A DNA stretch of 64,000 nt from Vicugna vicugna (lineage: Eukaryota). How positions within the stretch are numbered: position 1 is the first letter of the stretch; each line of letters begins with the position of its first letter. The translations under genes and the position numbers were made by a program. The notes under the pieces are model-generated. The model had not been told where the DNA came from, ran no database searches, and saw only the letters and a program-made list of their open reading frames with translations. Where the stretch lies: positions 6,610,939 through 6,674,938 of the forward strand of contig MU058423.1 of the NCBI GenBank assembly GCA_013265495.1. The letters are read 5' to 3'. Positions 14,301-29,250 of the stretch are shown one piece after another.

Positions 14301-15599
14301 AGTAGTCATTCAAAAACTCCCTACATCTTCTGCCAGAAAATGAAAGCCACTTTCTAAGTAATATAGCAAAGATATTGATAAATAACGATTAGTACGTAAA
14401 TTTTAAAAGTGAGAATTCAGTGGGAAAGCGTGTGAATGTGTGTATATATTTATACTTATATAAATATAATGTATGTATATTGACTATGTATTTACGAATT
14501 AAAGGGAGAAATGGTGAGGGTAAATTATTTAGAGAAAATACTTTTCTTTGGAAGGTAGCAATGATGTGGAGGGAGGCCTGACTGACCAAAGGAAGAGAAT
14601 AAATTGATGTTCTTTGTAAGAATCCATATTTTTCAATATGTGCAAAAAGCCTGTGCACCCTTCACTAGATTTATCAATTTTAGGAATTAGGTAACAAATT
14701 CTTACTTAAAATTTTAGAAATTAAGCAATAATTTTAACCTAAACATTGACTATTGTTTTGTTAGTTGCAATATTAAATAAAACCCTGTATCAACCATTTT
14801 ACAGATCCTCATATGAATTGTCCAAATCTTACTCTGTTTTACTTTATATATTTTAAGTATGTTAAGTTCAGTGCTAAAGGTTGAGAAGAGTATCACAAAA
14901 GTTGTTAAAATTTCACCTCTCGTTTGCCCACTGCATATCGCACTTCAGATCACTCTTCTTATCCATTCATTTATTCATCTATTTATTCCTTTAATTTGAC
15001 AAATAATTACAAAGCACTTATGACTTATAAGACAAAGTACCTAGGTTTGAATGGTGCATCCAATTTACTAGGAAGCCAAACCTAAACAACCAATTACACA
15101 CTAATTATTTACTACTGTAAAGAGAGAAGGGAAGCGGGGATGGGGTGGGAGGGAGAGAACGAGAAAAACAAGTTCTGCAGAGAGAGAAGCAAGTATGAAG
15201 ATCCTGATCTGGAAAAATGATGTCCTTTTAAAGTAAACAAGTGAAAGCCAATGGGATTGAAACATAAAAATTGACAGTGTGTGTCATGAAATGAAAAATG
15301 TCAGGTAATCCGGTCAAGATTATTAAGAGCTTTATAGTTGTGCTCTGGGTTTGTGTCTTTATCCTAACAGCAAAGGGAAGACTTTCAAGCCGTGAATGAT
15401 ATGGCAAATTTGCATTTTTGAAACACATTAATCAATCAAGTCTTAATAAAGCCAGCAGGCATCCACTACTTAATCACTAGACTGAAAAGTGAACATCAGT
15501 GTATGGATAGACACCGACTTAAAAGTCTCTACCTGACACTAACTCAAGATAACATTAGTTAGAACTGTGTAACTCCAGGATGCATGTGCATAGAACTAA

Positions 15600-16160
15600 A
15601 ATGAAATGTCTGGCTCCCATTTTCATATTTTCCACATTTGTAAGAACAAGATTAGAGGAGAAAGAAATGGCTTTTGGTCTTCCCTGCCCTCCCTCACCCT
15701 CGCAGTGAATAGCTGAAAGTCTGGCTCCCCGGGCCTCCCTTGTGATGACAGGAGGCTCTTGTGGCTCTTGGCCTCCAGAGAGTTTCTTCTGGGAAGCTCA
15801 CACACTTCTGGTGAGCAGCCTCCAGCAATTCTCTTCTTCATTTCAGGGTGGGATGGGGACAGGAGGCGTATGTCTGCAGCAACTGCACCATCTCCACAGA
15901 GGAATGAACCTCAGCTTTGAGAGAGGGAGTAAACAGGGAGGGGTGCCTTAAATTTGGAGTTTCTTCACTGCCCAAATTTCCCTCTAACTAGGAGAGGCAG
16001 CAGCCTTGTGCAGTTGTTAACCCATTACACTCAGAGCTTACTTTTACTCTGTTCAGTAGTTAACCACTTTTTATCTGGTTAACTATTCTTTATATTAAAT
16101 TTAACCTGTTGAAATTTCTTGTATGGTTACTGTCTCCTGACTAGAGCCTAAAGGATATGA
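15600..16160 (+). mobile_element. Old ERVL-class LTR (LTR33/LTR41-like)
   Basis: GC-richer block ending tatattaaatt..cctgttgaaat..gtatggttactgtctcctgactagagcc; boundaries approximate. Confidence 0.5.
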
Positions 16161-18237
16161 GTGCAAAACATAACAAAAACAATAAACAGTCGTGGTTTGG
16201 AAGACATTTAAAAGTTGGAAAATACAGAGGAAAAAAAGCACTAATACTAACAAGTAGAATCGTAGCAGGTTATTTTTAACTTAAAAATTTCTCTTTTTCT
16301 GTATATACACACACACATATATTATATTAATTATATTATATATTTAATCATCTGTTTCCTGCTTATTATAAAGTTATTTTTCCAAAGTCGTACATTCTTT
16401 GAATCTGTGCTTTTTAATGACTGCATAGTGGGTCACTAGAAAGGTAGATTTCAATTTATTTAATCCACTTTCTCTTGTTCTTTGAAATTTAGTCTGCTTT
16501 CAAGTCTCTTAACCTTTAAAGTGATACTTTAAGAAATAACATACATATCTTTACAGTTATTCTAACTTATTCTTAGATAATTATTTTTCTCTTATCTATT
16601 TCAGTTTGGTAATGGGTGTTTTAATGATTAATGTGCAGTTTTATATGAGAAAAGGAACTTCATATACTCTGATACCTATTTTTAGTATGGGATTACATCA
16701 AATATTTTTTGTTAATTTTATAACCTGAGATATCTAAAATATTATAAAATGTGGTGATTCTAGAATAAGAAATGGCATTCATCAAACTAGTGCCTAAGAT
16801 GTTACTCTGTAGCTAATGGAGTTGCCTCTGTTACAGCTTTTCAGTAGTTTTTGTTTTGTTTTGTTGATGTTTGAGCTTTGTCTTTGCTTTCATTCTATAT
16901 CCAATCTCCCCTATGGCTCACCACCTACATCCTAGAGTCACCCAGAAATGGGAAGCCAACCTCTATCCATTCTGCATCTTCTGCCACACTCCATTTAGAT
17001 CTACCTTCCTTGGCTCTTTGTTTCCTTTTAACTTTTTCAAGCAGTAATTTCCTTATCTGAAAAACAAGAGTTTGGGGCTAACAAGATGACAGCCAACATA
17101 TCTTCCTGCTCTAATGGCCTATGATTTTAGATTCTGCCCTCCCACTGCAATCAATTTCTTACCAAAATTAAACATGAAATCATCTAAAATTCAACAGATA
17201 ATACTGAAACTTCTAAGTGATCTCTCTGCTACTTATAAAAAATATCTGGCTCTGAAATAAAAAATTCAACCCTGAAAACTCAACACTTTCTTTTTAATTA
17301 CATTTTATCTGTAACAAATAGTCACTCTAAGTTTTCCTTTCTGTGTGTGTGCAGAGGGTTTATTTGAATGTATCAAATGCTCAAATCTAGATTAGCATCC
17401 TATATCTAGGCAAACAACTTCCTTCTACGCTAACCACTAACTTGTCCAGGTAATAGCAGAAAGTAATTTTGAAAGTCATATTTAGTATAATTGGATATAT
17501 TCATAGCACAGCCATAAATCTCTTAAAGTGGTTATAAACCATGCAAAACTACTTCCTTATAATAGTTTGTTGAGCATTTAAATGGAAATCAGAGAACTCA
17601 ACCTATCTATTTCAATTCAGCTAGCGATTTTGCAAAGCTTAAAAATCTAAATGCCACAGTACAGTGAAAACACAAACTATCAAAAATGTATACAATTAAA
17701 TTAAAATCTATAAAAACCACTTTTTTTTCAAACACATAATCACCTTCTAAACATACATTTCTTTTACAAAATGATGTATACTCAATAATGTCCATATTAT
17801 GCATATAATCTTCAAGTTACTTTAATGTTCTGATTCAATTTAAGGTTTAGATTTCTAAACATGGTTATTTAAAATTATTTACCTTCCCCATGTGATTCTC
17901 AGGAGGTTTCTAGTTGCACCACTCTACAGATACTACCAGGATCACCAGTGGCAAGTAACCAGTTGTCTGTCCAACATTTCTGCCCTCGTATGTTTCCTAT
18001 GATTCTTTTCCTTGCTTTAGTTCTTTTGTGTTTATTACACTGAGTCCTAGTTCTGACCTCCATAGCTATTTCTTATTTCCTTTATAACTCCTTTTTCCAA
18101 TCTCTCACTTTTTTCATTCCCTTTTCTTCTCTTCCTTTCTTCCCATTCCTCTCTTTGCACTCTGTAAGTAAAACTCCACAGAAGGCCTCAACTACCACTT
18201 GTGTATGAAAAATCCAAAATACACACACACAGCAAAG

Positions 18238-19262
18238 ATTCTGATGAGGGGTTAATATCCAAAATATATAAGGAACCCTTACAACTTAGTAGCAAAAAAT
18301 ACATATAACCCAATTAAAAAATGGGCAAAGGACCCAAATAGACATTTTTCAAAATAAAGACATACAAATGGCCCATTGATAGATGAGAAGGTGTTCAGCA
18401 CTACTCATCATTAGAGAAATGCAAATCAATCAAAATCATAATGAGATATCACTTCATACCTATTAGAATATCCATCACCAAAAAGACAAGAAATAACAAA
18501 TATTCACAAGGATGTGGAGAAAAGGGGACCCCTGTACACTATGTTATATGTAAATTGGTACCGCCATTATGGAAAACACTATGGAAGTTCCTCAAAAAAT
18601 TAAAAATAGAACTACCATTTGACTCAGCAATCCCACTTCTGGGTATATATCTGAAAGAAATAAAGTCAGTATCTTGAATTGATATCTGCACTCTTATGTT
18701 CATTGCAGCATTGCTTCCTATAGCTAAGATACAGAAACAATCTAAGTGTCCCTCAGTGGATGAATGGATAGAGAAAACATGGTATATCTATATATGATGA
18801 AATACTATTATGTTATTAAAAAATAAATACTGCCATTTGTAATGACATGATTGAAACTGAAGGACATTCTACTAACCGAAATAAGCCATGCAAACAGAGA
18901 CAAATATGTATGATCTCACTTGTAAGTGGAAACTTAAAAAGAGAAAGAAAGAGAGAAAGAGAGAAAGAAAGAAAGAAAGGGAGGAAGGGAGGAAGGGAGG
19001 AAAAGAAACAGAGTAGAATGGTGGTTGCCAGGGCCTGGGGGTGGTGGGGGAAACGACAAAGTGTTGGTTATAGGGTACACACTTTCAGTTATAAAATGAA
19101 TAAATTCTGGGGCTGTAATGTACAACATGGTGGCTATACTTAAAATCATACTGTATACTTGAAATTTGCTAAGCGTGTAAATCTTAAGCATTTTTACCAT
19201 ACACACACAAGAGTTAACTATATGAGGTAACAGACCTGTTAAATAACTTAATTTTTGTAATT
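18238..19262 (+). mobile_element. 5'-truncated L1 (ORF2 C-terminus plus 3' UTR) with internal GAAA/GGAA microsatellite (~18937-19006)
   Basis: ORF 18441-18677 MRYHFIPIR...CGEKG...[28 protein letters not shown] is L1 ORF2 C-terminal region. Confidence 0.92.
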
Positions 19263-22200
19263 ATTCCTTTGTTTAAGGATCAACACATTCTACTCTCTTC
19301 CATGTACCCAACGTTTTTCTATTCCTGGCTTAGTTTGAGAGTGGTGATTTAATTCAAGATGCACTGGGGTCCAAAGCCTTAGTTCACATGATCCTGGACA
19401 GGCCTCCAAAATGTGGTCCAGATGTCATCTAGGGCTTGCCTGCCCTGTGACAGCTGGATGAGACTTGATAAAATTCCCAACTCCACTTACTTTGGAAATT
19501 CAAAACTGTCAAGATTTCTGTTGATGGAAGAAATGAGTTTATGTCCCCATGGTCATCTCCACAATGTTTCACTGGCTTTTCTGACTCTTTCCTCTTCAGT
19601 CCCTAATTTTATGTCCTTTCCAAGAAAACAAAATCTCCTTCTTTCTAGTACAGACCTAGAGGACCCTATTTACTCTTGAAGTCTTATCTGAGAATTTCAC
19701 ATTCTATCTTTTCAAGATATCTTCTTAAAGAGGAGCATTTTATCCACGAGAGAATTCAGGTGCCAGATGCTGGAATAATATAACTTCTAATAACTGTCTT
19801 ATTACTCAACTTCTATGATTTGGGATTTTATTTCTTAGCTGTAGAGTAGACTCCATGGAAGGCAGGCCCTTTCAAGCACTTTAAATATCATCTTGCCCAG
19901 TATCCTAGACATGGAGAGGAAAATATCTTTCCCAAGATCACATTACTAGTTTGCATCAGAACCACACTGTAACTAGAGCCTCTGAATTCTTATTCCAGTG
20001 TCCTTTCACTCCACACTGCACTGATATTCCAAATAAATGCAATCATCATTTAGGCAACTTACTGAAAATTTTTTTCCCATTTAATCAATGATAAATATTC
20101 AAATTATTTAACAAAATTTTAAACTTACATTGTCCTTTGAAAATTGAAATTGATAGTAACTACTCATGGACCAGATATTCTTTGTGAGTTTACACTACGA
20201 AAGTGATTATGTATGCTTACAATTTATTACTCTTTCAAATTGTAGTTCAAAATGCCACATAGTAATACAATTGTTAAATTAATCAGTGCTGTTAAGTCAA
20301 TTTTTATTTACTTACATTTTAATTCACTATAGATAAATTTAATTTTATAAAATAAAAAACACAGATTTTTAAGTAGAGGGAAAACATCAAAGAGATTAAA
20401 TTAAATTGGCTTGTATCTACTCAATTTGTAAAAACACATTATTTACTTATTCTTTCTCATCAAGATAAGGTTTTATTAAAATAATAACTATTATTTGCTG
20501 CACATTCATTGTGACAGTCACTGTGCCCTATATATTACCCCATTTCTGTAACTTCTCTGTAAGTTAGCTGCTATTTACAACTATTAGCTAGGGGCACTAA
20601 GATGCAGAAAAGTGAAGTGAATTATCCATAGACATACAACAAATTAGCAGGTATTGAATTCAAGCCTAAATCTGTCTCATCCTAAAACCTACACTTCCAC
20701 AGGTGTAGAAATTGATTCTTTATTTGTAGTCATCAATATTCTCATACTATTCATTTAAATCTATTTGTATGCAGGTTATTTTTCAGAGGTTGCATGTTAG
20801 AATCTAATGAGGAACCACATATTTTTTCAGTTACTCACTCATCAATTAATTCAACAAATATTTATTTAAAGCCTGTCTTGTGTCAGATAGCACGTTAGGT
20901 GCTAAAGATTTAATGTATGGTTAGATGTAAATAGGCATCAATAATTATAAAGAAATTCCCCCTTATAACACTTTATGAGCTTTCCTCAAATTACATATTT
21001 AATAAAATACATAACTTAAAATACTCTTAATGCAATAATAAAATTTGAAAACATTTTTCCAAGCTGTCTGAGATACTTTCCCCCTTGGTATCCTTGCTGG
21101 TTCCTCATTTAAACTTTTTTCCTCCAAAATCTCTGGAATAATGAGAATGCAGCCTTGCCTGACCTATAAATGGACTCACCTTCCCAATTATATTGAACAT
21201 ATTTTCTTAGTTTTTTTGACTGTCCCTAACATACTGGTTCATACTTGCACAGTATTCATCTTTAAGCAACAAAATCTAGGACAGGGGTGACAGGAAGACT
21301 CACCCTAATTGGCACTGTGTCAGCATTTTTCTAGGTGACATGTAATGATGGCCTTGGCTGCAATAAAAGTGTGGGCATACCTGACCTGGCAGCAGGTGAA
21401 GCATTCGCATAGCACAGATGATTTCTCTATCAACAGCCAATATTCCCAGCATAAATCTTTTTTTCTCAAAATTAAGCTGTCATTTAAAAAGATTAAAACA
21501 TGTATTAAAAAACAGATTTGACTAATAATCTAACAAGGATGAGCTAAATGATATAAACTTGTTCCAAATTCTTTGAATTTGAATATTCAAAATCTAGTAG
21601 AACTTCAGGTAATCTGGTGAAAGATAGAAGATCGAGAGCAACAGACACCTTCGTGTACTTTCTTCAGTTTGTGCCTAAACTAGGAGATTTCAGAGAAACC
21701 CTTGGTTTGGGGACTGGTCTAGGACCGACACCAGGGACTCCATACTGGCCTGTGCACTCCTTCTATTTCAAAGACAAAATGATATAAAGTATTACATGAG
21801 ACATGTGAGGATCATAAAATCTGTATGAGGATAATTCTAACATACCTTGAAATATTAGCATCACCGTTTTACGGTGCATATGGATAGAGAACAGTTGTCT
21901 TACATCTCTTCCTGGATGGCCCACTATATATTCACCCTCACTGCCTCTAACTCTATCATAGGCCACTACTCATGCTCTTGCTTGTCATCTTCCAGAATTC
22001 TTTCAAAGAACGGTGCTCCTTCCACTCAACTGGTAGGAAAAGGGACTGGCAATGCTTGTATTCTCTTGCTCTCAATCTTTATCCCCCTCTGTATATGTCA
22101 ATCATTACTGAAAGTTGGGAGAGATTAGAGTCAAACATAGGAGAAGAGAAATTCAAGACAGTGAGCTTGATTTTCCCCATAGTCCAAAAAAAAAAAAAAA

Positions 22201-23689
22201 ATAGCACGGAACAGGTAGACCCTTAATACAAAATTTCTGCTTGGATCCAGCTCATTCCTATTAAGCCCATCTTCAAATCTACCCTTCTCCAGGAGTGCCT
22301 ATTTCTTCAAAGTGCCATAGTACAGATCTATAACATTCATCAGTAAAATCCAACTCTGCCTGCCACACTGGGCAAGCTGTACAACACATGTTTTCCCTTA
22401 TCTCCAACATGAAGTGGGGCACACATTCCCCAGGGTTTCCCAAAGTCTGTTTTGCAGTGTGGGGAGACTACAGCAGGACTGCCTACGTTTTTAACCTGGG
22501 ATGGATCACACAATAGGCAAATTAGTTTACGCTTATGACTTCAGAGAAGCTGAAGTAGGAAAAAAAGAAAAAAAAACATTTTGGAAAAAAATTGTATTTA
22601 TATATTCAAAAAGAAAAACGCTGAAATATAACAAAAACTCAGAACTTTGTTAGAATTTATAGATAATTTTGTATTTCATTTGTTTCTTTAAAAAATATTA
22701 TTACAGAGAAATGTGAGTTCAAAATAGTTTCAGTGGTTAGTGATTCTCAAAGGTTGAATCTAGCATTGGCTCTGACACGCTAATTCAAGTGACTTTTGAT
22801 ATTTAGAAATGAACATGAAATAAAAAATAAGGTTTCTTCTTTGTTTTCTAGGCTATATCTGTTGTGAAAATCTGTCTCTATCTCTTTGTATTTCTTCCTC
22901 TCTATCTTGTAGATAGTAAGTACTAACTTCCAAATTTAGAAGATTACAATTTAGCACTATAATACATCCCTCACACATGCACATTTTCTGTTTCCCATCG
23001 TCCCAATATGGTTTAATTAATTAAATCCGAATTTATTGTTTTCAATATTATGTCTATGTAAACATTTTTCATTCTGAGCCAAATACTATGACAGCATTTC
23101 ATGGCTTTTCTTAGACAAGAGATTTTACTTTTCCAAAAGTTAATTTGTTACCTATTTTTATTTGCTTGGCATTCTTTAAATAACTATTTATATATTCTCT
23201 AACTTCCAACAGCCCTCTAAACAGCTTTTCAATCAAATTATTCATGTGGTCAAACCTTTCAGATAATATATCAACTTTATTTTATTTTTCTGAAGAGATA
23301 TTTCTCACAAATCCCACTAATGAAGTGATCTCATATTTACTGTTTTATCCCTAGCCTACTGGAACCCTACTGTCCTGGGCCTTTATTGTTATTACATTGA
23401 GAATTCTTTTATCCTGTCTTCTGTATTGGATTTTCTCTACTCAGAAACCCTATTTTCCTCTTTTTGGGTTTAATTACTCATTTTTGTGAGAAAAAAAAAA
23501 GTACCTAGGAGTTAGATGTTTTCAGGTTTTTGCATGTGATAAATATCTATTCTCCCCCACAAATCATGGCTGATGGTATGGCTGTCTACAAAATTCTAAG
23601 TTGGAAATCATTTTCCTCAGGATTTTAAAGGTATTGCTCTACTGTGCTCAGGCTTTCAAGGTCACCGTTAATAAGTTTTCTTAAATAGC

Positions 23690-23870
23690 TCACATGAATT
23701 TAGCACTTCCTATGTACCAAGTTTTGTATTAGCCTATTTATTCTATAACATTAAGAAAAGTAATATTATCCCTAATGACAGATAAGGAAACCGAAGTCCA
23801 AAGAAATTAAGTAGCTTGTCTCAGGTTACTTAGCAAATAAATTGTGTAGTCAAAATCTGAATCCACACTC
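23690..23870. mobile_element. MIR SINE within older decayed L1-like sequence
   Basis: attatccc...acagataaggaaaccgaagtccaaagaaattaagtagcttgtctcaggttac. Confidence 0.65.
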
Positions 23871-26800
23871 TGTGGATTGTCTTGTACTTACACGCTGGTG
23901 CTAATCTTATTTTGCTCCACCATATGCGAACTAGTCATTTTCTTTCTCCGGAAATTTTTAGCATCACCATTTCCCCCCTCCCCTTTAATTCTCTGAAATA
24001 TTACAATATGCATTGCTCTCAATATTTCCATTTTTAATCTATATACTCATATTCTTGAGCTCTTCATTGCCTCTTTCCTGTTTTCTTCAAAATCTTTATA
24101 ATTAGATGTTGAAATTATTGAAATATTATTATAAAATAATAATTTTAAAATCTATTCTATTTTGTTCTCCGTCTCTTGCCTTTTTCTTCTATTTTCTGGA
24201 AGATATCCTCAATTTTCATTCCAACTCTTCTATTGAACTTCTATTGCAGTTAGCACATTTTAATTTCAGGAATCCTACTCACATGTATAAATATATTTTC
24301 ATTACTTTTCTGTGCCCTAAAACATTCTAGAATTTTCTTTATAGAATCAACTCACACTTTTGTTAGGTTAATTCATAGGTACTTTACAGTTTTGCTGTTA
24401 TTGTCAATTATATTTTTTTAATTACTGTTTCCAGTCATGTTTGGTGGTTTTTAAGAATGCCATGGATTTTTGTACTGCTGTCTTTTATTTAGCTTTATTT
24501 TCTTTGTTTATAATCACTTAACATTATCCATATGTAGTTTCCTTTTTGATTATTAATCATTTTATTAGTAGTAGATCTCTTAACCCAGCTAAAGCTTTGT
24601 GTGGATGTTAGTTAGGATTTGGTGGCATGTGAGTCAGGGCAGCTTCATTTTGTATAAATTGTTCCAGAACACTTTTTCATCAACCCTTCTGTGTCTTCTC
24701 TAAGGTAACTTATTTTCTTTGTAGTACTTTCGTCTCTTTCTCAATATCTTTTCAGAATGAGCAGAGAATCTGCATGGCTTATTATAAAGCTTTTTATGTT
24801 ATAGCTTTCTTTGTGGTATTAAGAGAGTGTATTTTATTCCCCCAAGCTAACACATAGAATTTCATTAACAAATCAGACACCAGTGAATCAGAGATCCTAT
24901 TCCAGCATCAGCCTTTTATAATAATTTCAAGATGCAATCAACCAAGATGTTCAGACAAAACAGAGAAAGGCATGAGACTGATATCAGCAGCAGCTCCTCA
25001 GGTCCCAGTCGTCCTGCATTGGACAGTAGTAACTGGCTCAGAACGATAGACCAGGCTTCTAAATAAGGTTGTGGGGTTACCTCACACAACAGGAGCATTT
25101 AAGGTATAAAACATTTCCATTTTTTATCTCAGAGAATTGTATAACATAAAATATCCACCATGCTTCATAGATCCCAGGTTCTATTTATTATAGGCAACGC
25201 TCAGCCAGGAACATTCTATAAAGGGCATTTCAGAGATGAAATTTCTTCCTCCTATCATGTATCAGTAGTTCCTTTCCCCAGAAATCCACTTGGCAAGGAG
25301 CTTAGACCAGGTCACCTACCTTCTGTTCTTTCTCACAGGGAATCTAACAGTCAAGAGTGTGATTAGATTAGATTGAGGTTAATTGCTTTAATTACTTCTT
25401 TACACCACTTAAAGGATTCTGTACAACAGTTATCAAGCTGATCATCAAATATATTCCTTGCTACTACTTGAAAATCTTACTAACTTCTGGAAAAAAATGG
25501 GTTTTCTTTGTGGCTTTCTTGGTCTCACACTATGGAATAGGGTTTGTGTTTATTTCCAAGGCTCACCACATCCTGGTAGCTCACTGTTCAGATTAAGATC
25601 TTTCAGGTTAGAGACCACCATATTTCTAAGAGGTCTGGCTGTGCACAAAATCTGTTGGTACTATTTCCTCCATAGCTGAGTCCAGAATCCACTCTATTGG
25701 AATTTTTATGCTGGTCCTTATAGTTTACTATTTAGGCTGGAAATCTCATAATTTTATTAGAGATGAAGGGGATTTTGTTTTCCTATAGTTTCTGTTCTTG
25801 TTTTTTCTCTTTTCACTGAGGAGGAAGTTGGAGTGGAAATAACTTTACTCTGTAATCTTCAAAAGAAAATGAAATATTTTTAAAGAACTTCTACTTCTAT
25901 AATTAAATTTTCTGTGATTTGAAGAAGTTTCCTAAAATAAGATTTGCTTTAAACTCATGTGTGTCTGATTTTTCTGTGAAAGAATTAATTTTTAAAACTT
26001 TAGAATTAACAAAGACCCTATATAAACATTGAAAATATGCAAAAAGCTTTTGAAAAGCAAATGGTTACATTTTGTAGTAATTGTTTTGGATTTTGAAAGC
26101 ATATAATTGATATTGAAAAATATAAGAGTAAATAAAGGAAAAACAGAACTAAACTTTAGATTCACTTTCAACTGTTTTAAATCAGTATCTATAGCATCAA
26201 ATGTTATCTGTAGCAAAAGGAATTTAATTAATTTCATGGATACACTGAAAATATTGTATTCTACTGTATGTTCTTCTTGTTTCAGTTATTTATATTTTGA
26301 ATTAACAACAGAATCAGATGCAAAATTCTCTGATGATAAAGGGAGTTACTGGCCAGTTCCACTAAATAATAGGTCCTCCAGAGAAAGGCCATACCTTACC
26401 TCTTTACCTCTCATACCTAGCATTTTACCTTTCTGGTGGTAGTCACTCTTCAAGTGATGTGCATTTTACTGCTATCAATAATGTGATAAAAACGTTTAAA
26501 TAATATTATTTTATTATCATTTTTCTAATTAATTAGTATATGTCAATTAAAATATTAGCATTTTTTTCATAACCACCATCTCATTTATTTCCAAGGAATC
26601 TAAAGATTCTTTTCAATGAGTCAAAAGAAAACAAACTATTCTCTAGTAGAAAGGGAACAGAAAATTTTCAACAAAATAACACTTGTCAAAAAAAAAGATA
26701 TATCTCAGTCAAATTAAATTACAAGGAGTATTGACATTGATAGAATACAAGTTCCTACGATAGAATTGTGCAGAATTCCTAAAGTAACATCCAACTCTTA

Positions 26801-28046
26801 TAATATGTAGCACAAGGAAACAGAGATTCCATTTTCCATGTCATTGCATCTGCCAAAGCAATCTTTTCTAAGCAAAGTCCAACATCCCTCTTCAATTCAG
26901 TATGAAATTTTATTCTGAGGTTAACAGTTATTAATAATACCTGCAACCATAGAATATCAGCTACATCAAGACACTAAGTGTAGAAGGTGATTCTCTGATT
27001 TCTGTTCCATCACAGGACCCAAATCTGACCAGATGTAAGATCTTTAAACTTATCCAGTCTACACGGCACTACAGAGCATCTGAGCAAGACTCTCAATGAC
27101 AGTGTTGTACCTTAACATTTTTCCTGACTTAGTTTTCTCTCTCACAGGATCTCATATCAACAAAATTTGAGAACTATACATTGTATCATTGAAAGCAATG
27201 TCACTGTGAAAGACTTTGGGTTCAAATAAGATAAAGTAATTTATTAAATGCTAATAATGATCACAGTACTGAGGCAAAGCATATTTTAAAATATAAGCAT
27301 TGATGCACTTACATTGTATTGCTAACCTTATAAATACATTAGGGTAACTAAATGAAACAACAAGTGAATTCTCAGTAGAATTATTTAGATGTAGATAGGG
27401 TAGGGGACTTGGAGCAAAAAGTCACTTGGAGCCAAAGTGAGTCCAGACAGTCAAAGAAGGAAGCAAATAATAGATCTAATGATTGAAATAATTCTAACAT
27501 CTCCCTAATTTCTAACAGTGAGTGATGGAACCATTAATTTTGAAGTGTTTCTGCTTGCCTATAGGGTATACCCCATTCTATTTTAGTGTTCAATCTGTAG
27601 TGATATATTTGTTGTTCTAAGAATAAGATGAGATAAATAGAGTTGTCTCTTAGAATTCAGCCTGTAATTTTAATGCCCATGAAAATCTATGAGTGCAATC
27701 AGAAACATTTTGTGGTGGAATTCTCAACATGATCTGAAGCTGTAATAATAATAGAATTTAACCAATAAAGAAAGACTGAAAGAGGCAAGGCTTCTCTCTT
27801 TCCCAAGGAATCAAGAAATCTTGAAGAAAGAACTCATAAAGAAAGAAAGGCAAAACTTGATCAAAGGGTTAAGAGAAAGGAGTGACTCTGAGTACTGTAA
27901 TGCCTCTATCTCTCAGATGGTTTTTGATCACATTCCCATAGATTGATTGCTAAAGTCTGGAGAAGGAAACTATGCCCATAAACTGAAATTCATTGTGATG
28001 CATTTGAATTACAAGGTAACACTGATTTGAGACTTAGACAACATAC

Positions 28047-28902
28047 TGTTGCAGGAAAGAGATTCTTCCCAAACAAAACAAGACTTCTTGGCGTGTCAAG
28101 AGCTCTATTGACAGCTTTGACATGGAAATGTAGCTTCCACATCAAAGCCTCTTCACAAGGAGAATCCGCATCAGCAGGGGTGGGGCTCTCGGTCTGTATT
28201 AGTCAAAAGTCAGTTTCACGTGGTAGCTTAACTGGCGTCAAAGAAGTCACATTATAAAGGAGGAAAATGTCAGGTGACACAAAGTTCTGAAGAATGCAGT
28301 CATGTGTGAGATACGGCATCAAGTCTTCCAGATAGAGAATTTGGCCGCACTTAGGCTAACAGTTTGCTTATTCTTATGCTTGCCCTTAAAACAGTCAGCT
28401 GACCTGACTGACCGGTTGCTACTCACAGTTTCAGGCCCATTGTTAAAACTAAAGGTATTGATCTTACTGTTTCTACTTTATTCCAGTAATTGAAAGTAAT
28501 AATCAGCTTGGTCTCTGAGTCCTTCTCCAAGGAGAAGGTCACAGGACTGTAACCTTACAAAATAGCCTGAATTTCCAAGACCACACCTTGAGTGCTTACA
28601 AGATAAAGAGATCTAACTGTTCACCTCTATAGAACTGGCCACCTGGAGGCATCATGTCGCCCTTCCATGTCTTCTAATGAGAAAAGGATTCTGCTGCTTG
28701 TTATCGATGCTTTATTGTTTGAGCTACGGCTGTATAACCAGCCCACTCCATCCCCGAGGTGGGTTCACAGTTTTGAGGGCACTAGCCTGCTGAGTCCCCT
28801 CTGCCCACCAAAGCAATAAAATTGCCTCTTTTCTTCTAAGCTCCAAGACCTTGTCTCTGGGTTATTTGGCTCGCCAGGGACGGGGCCAATATTTCGGCAA
28901 CA
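28047..28902 (+). mobile_element. ERV1-like LTR (solo, possibly composite)
   Basis: Ends TGTTGC...GCAACA as an inverted pair; TATAA near 28733 and AATAAA near 28814; gagggcactagcctgctg..caaagcaataaa..tttcggcaaca is an ERV1 R/U5-like end; no clear TSD. Confidence 0.75.
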
Positions 28903-29250
28903 CTTTGAAGACAAGCCGTAAATGCCACAGTAAACAGGTGTAGTCAGAGTCTGAGACATACAATGAAACCTGTGAATCTTGGGACACATTTTCACTGAGA
29001 CTATGACTCATATATAGAATATGACTGTATTTCAAAGAACATACCTTGAGCTGCCACTGATTGAAGAAAATGGGTCAGACATGACCTCAACTCACAGGCT
29101 GAAGTCAAGCCCAGGTAAACTTTACAACATGAAGTAGAGCTGCCCCAAATAACCTGCAGACTGGGGAGCAAGCAAAAGAAGTATTTGTTGTTTTAAGCTC
29201 CTGAATTCTGAGGTTCTTGATTATGCAGCATCATTGCAGTTCAAAACTAA
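28903..29250 (+). mobile_element. Old ERVL/MaLR LTR 3' fragment
   Basis: ...acctgcagact...gttgttttaagctcctgaattctgaggtt...ttatgcagcatcattgcag. Confidence 0.55.
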
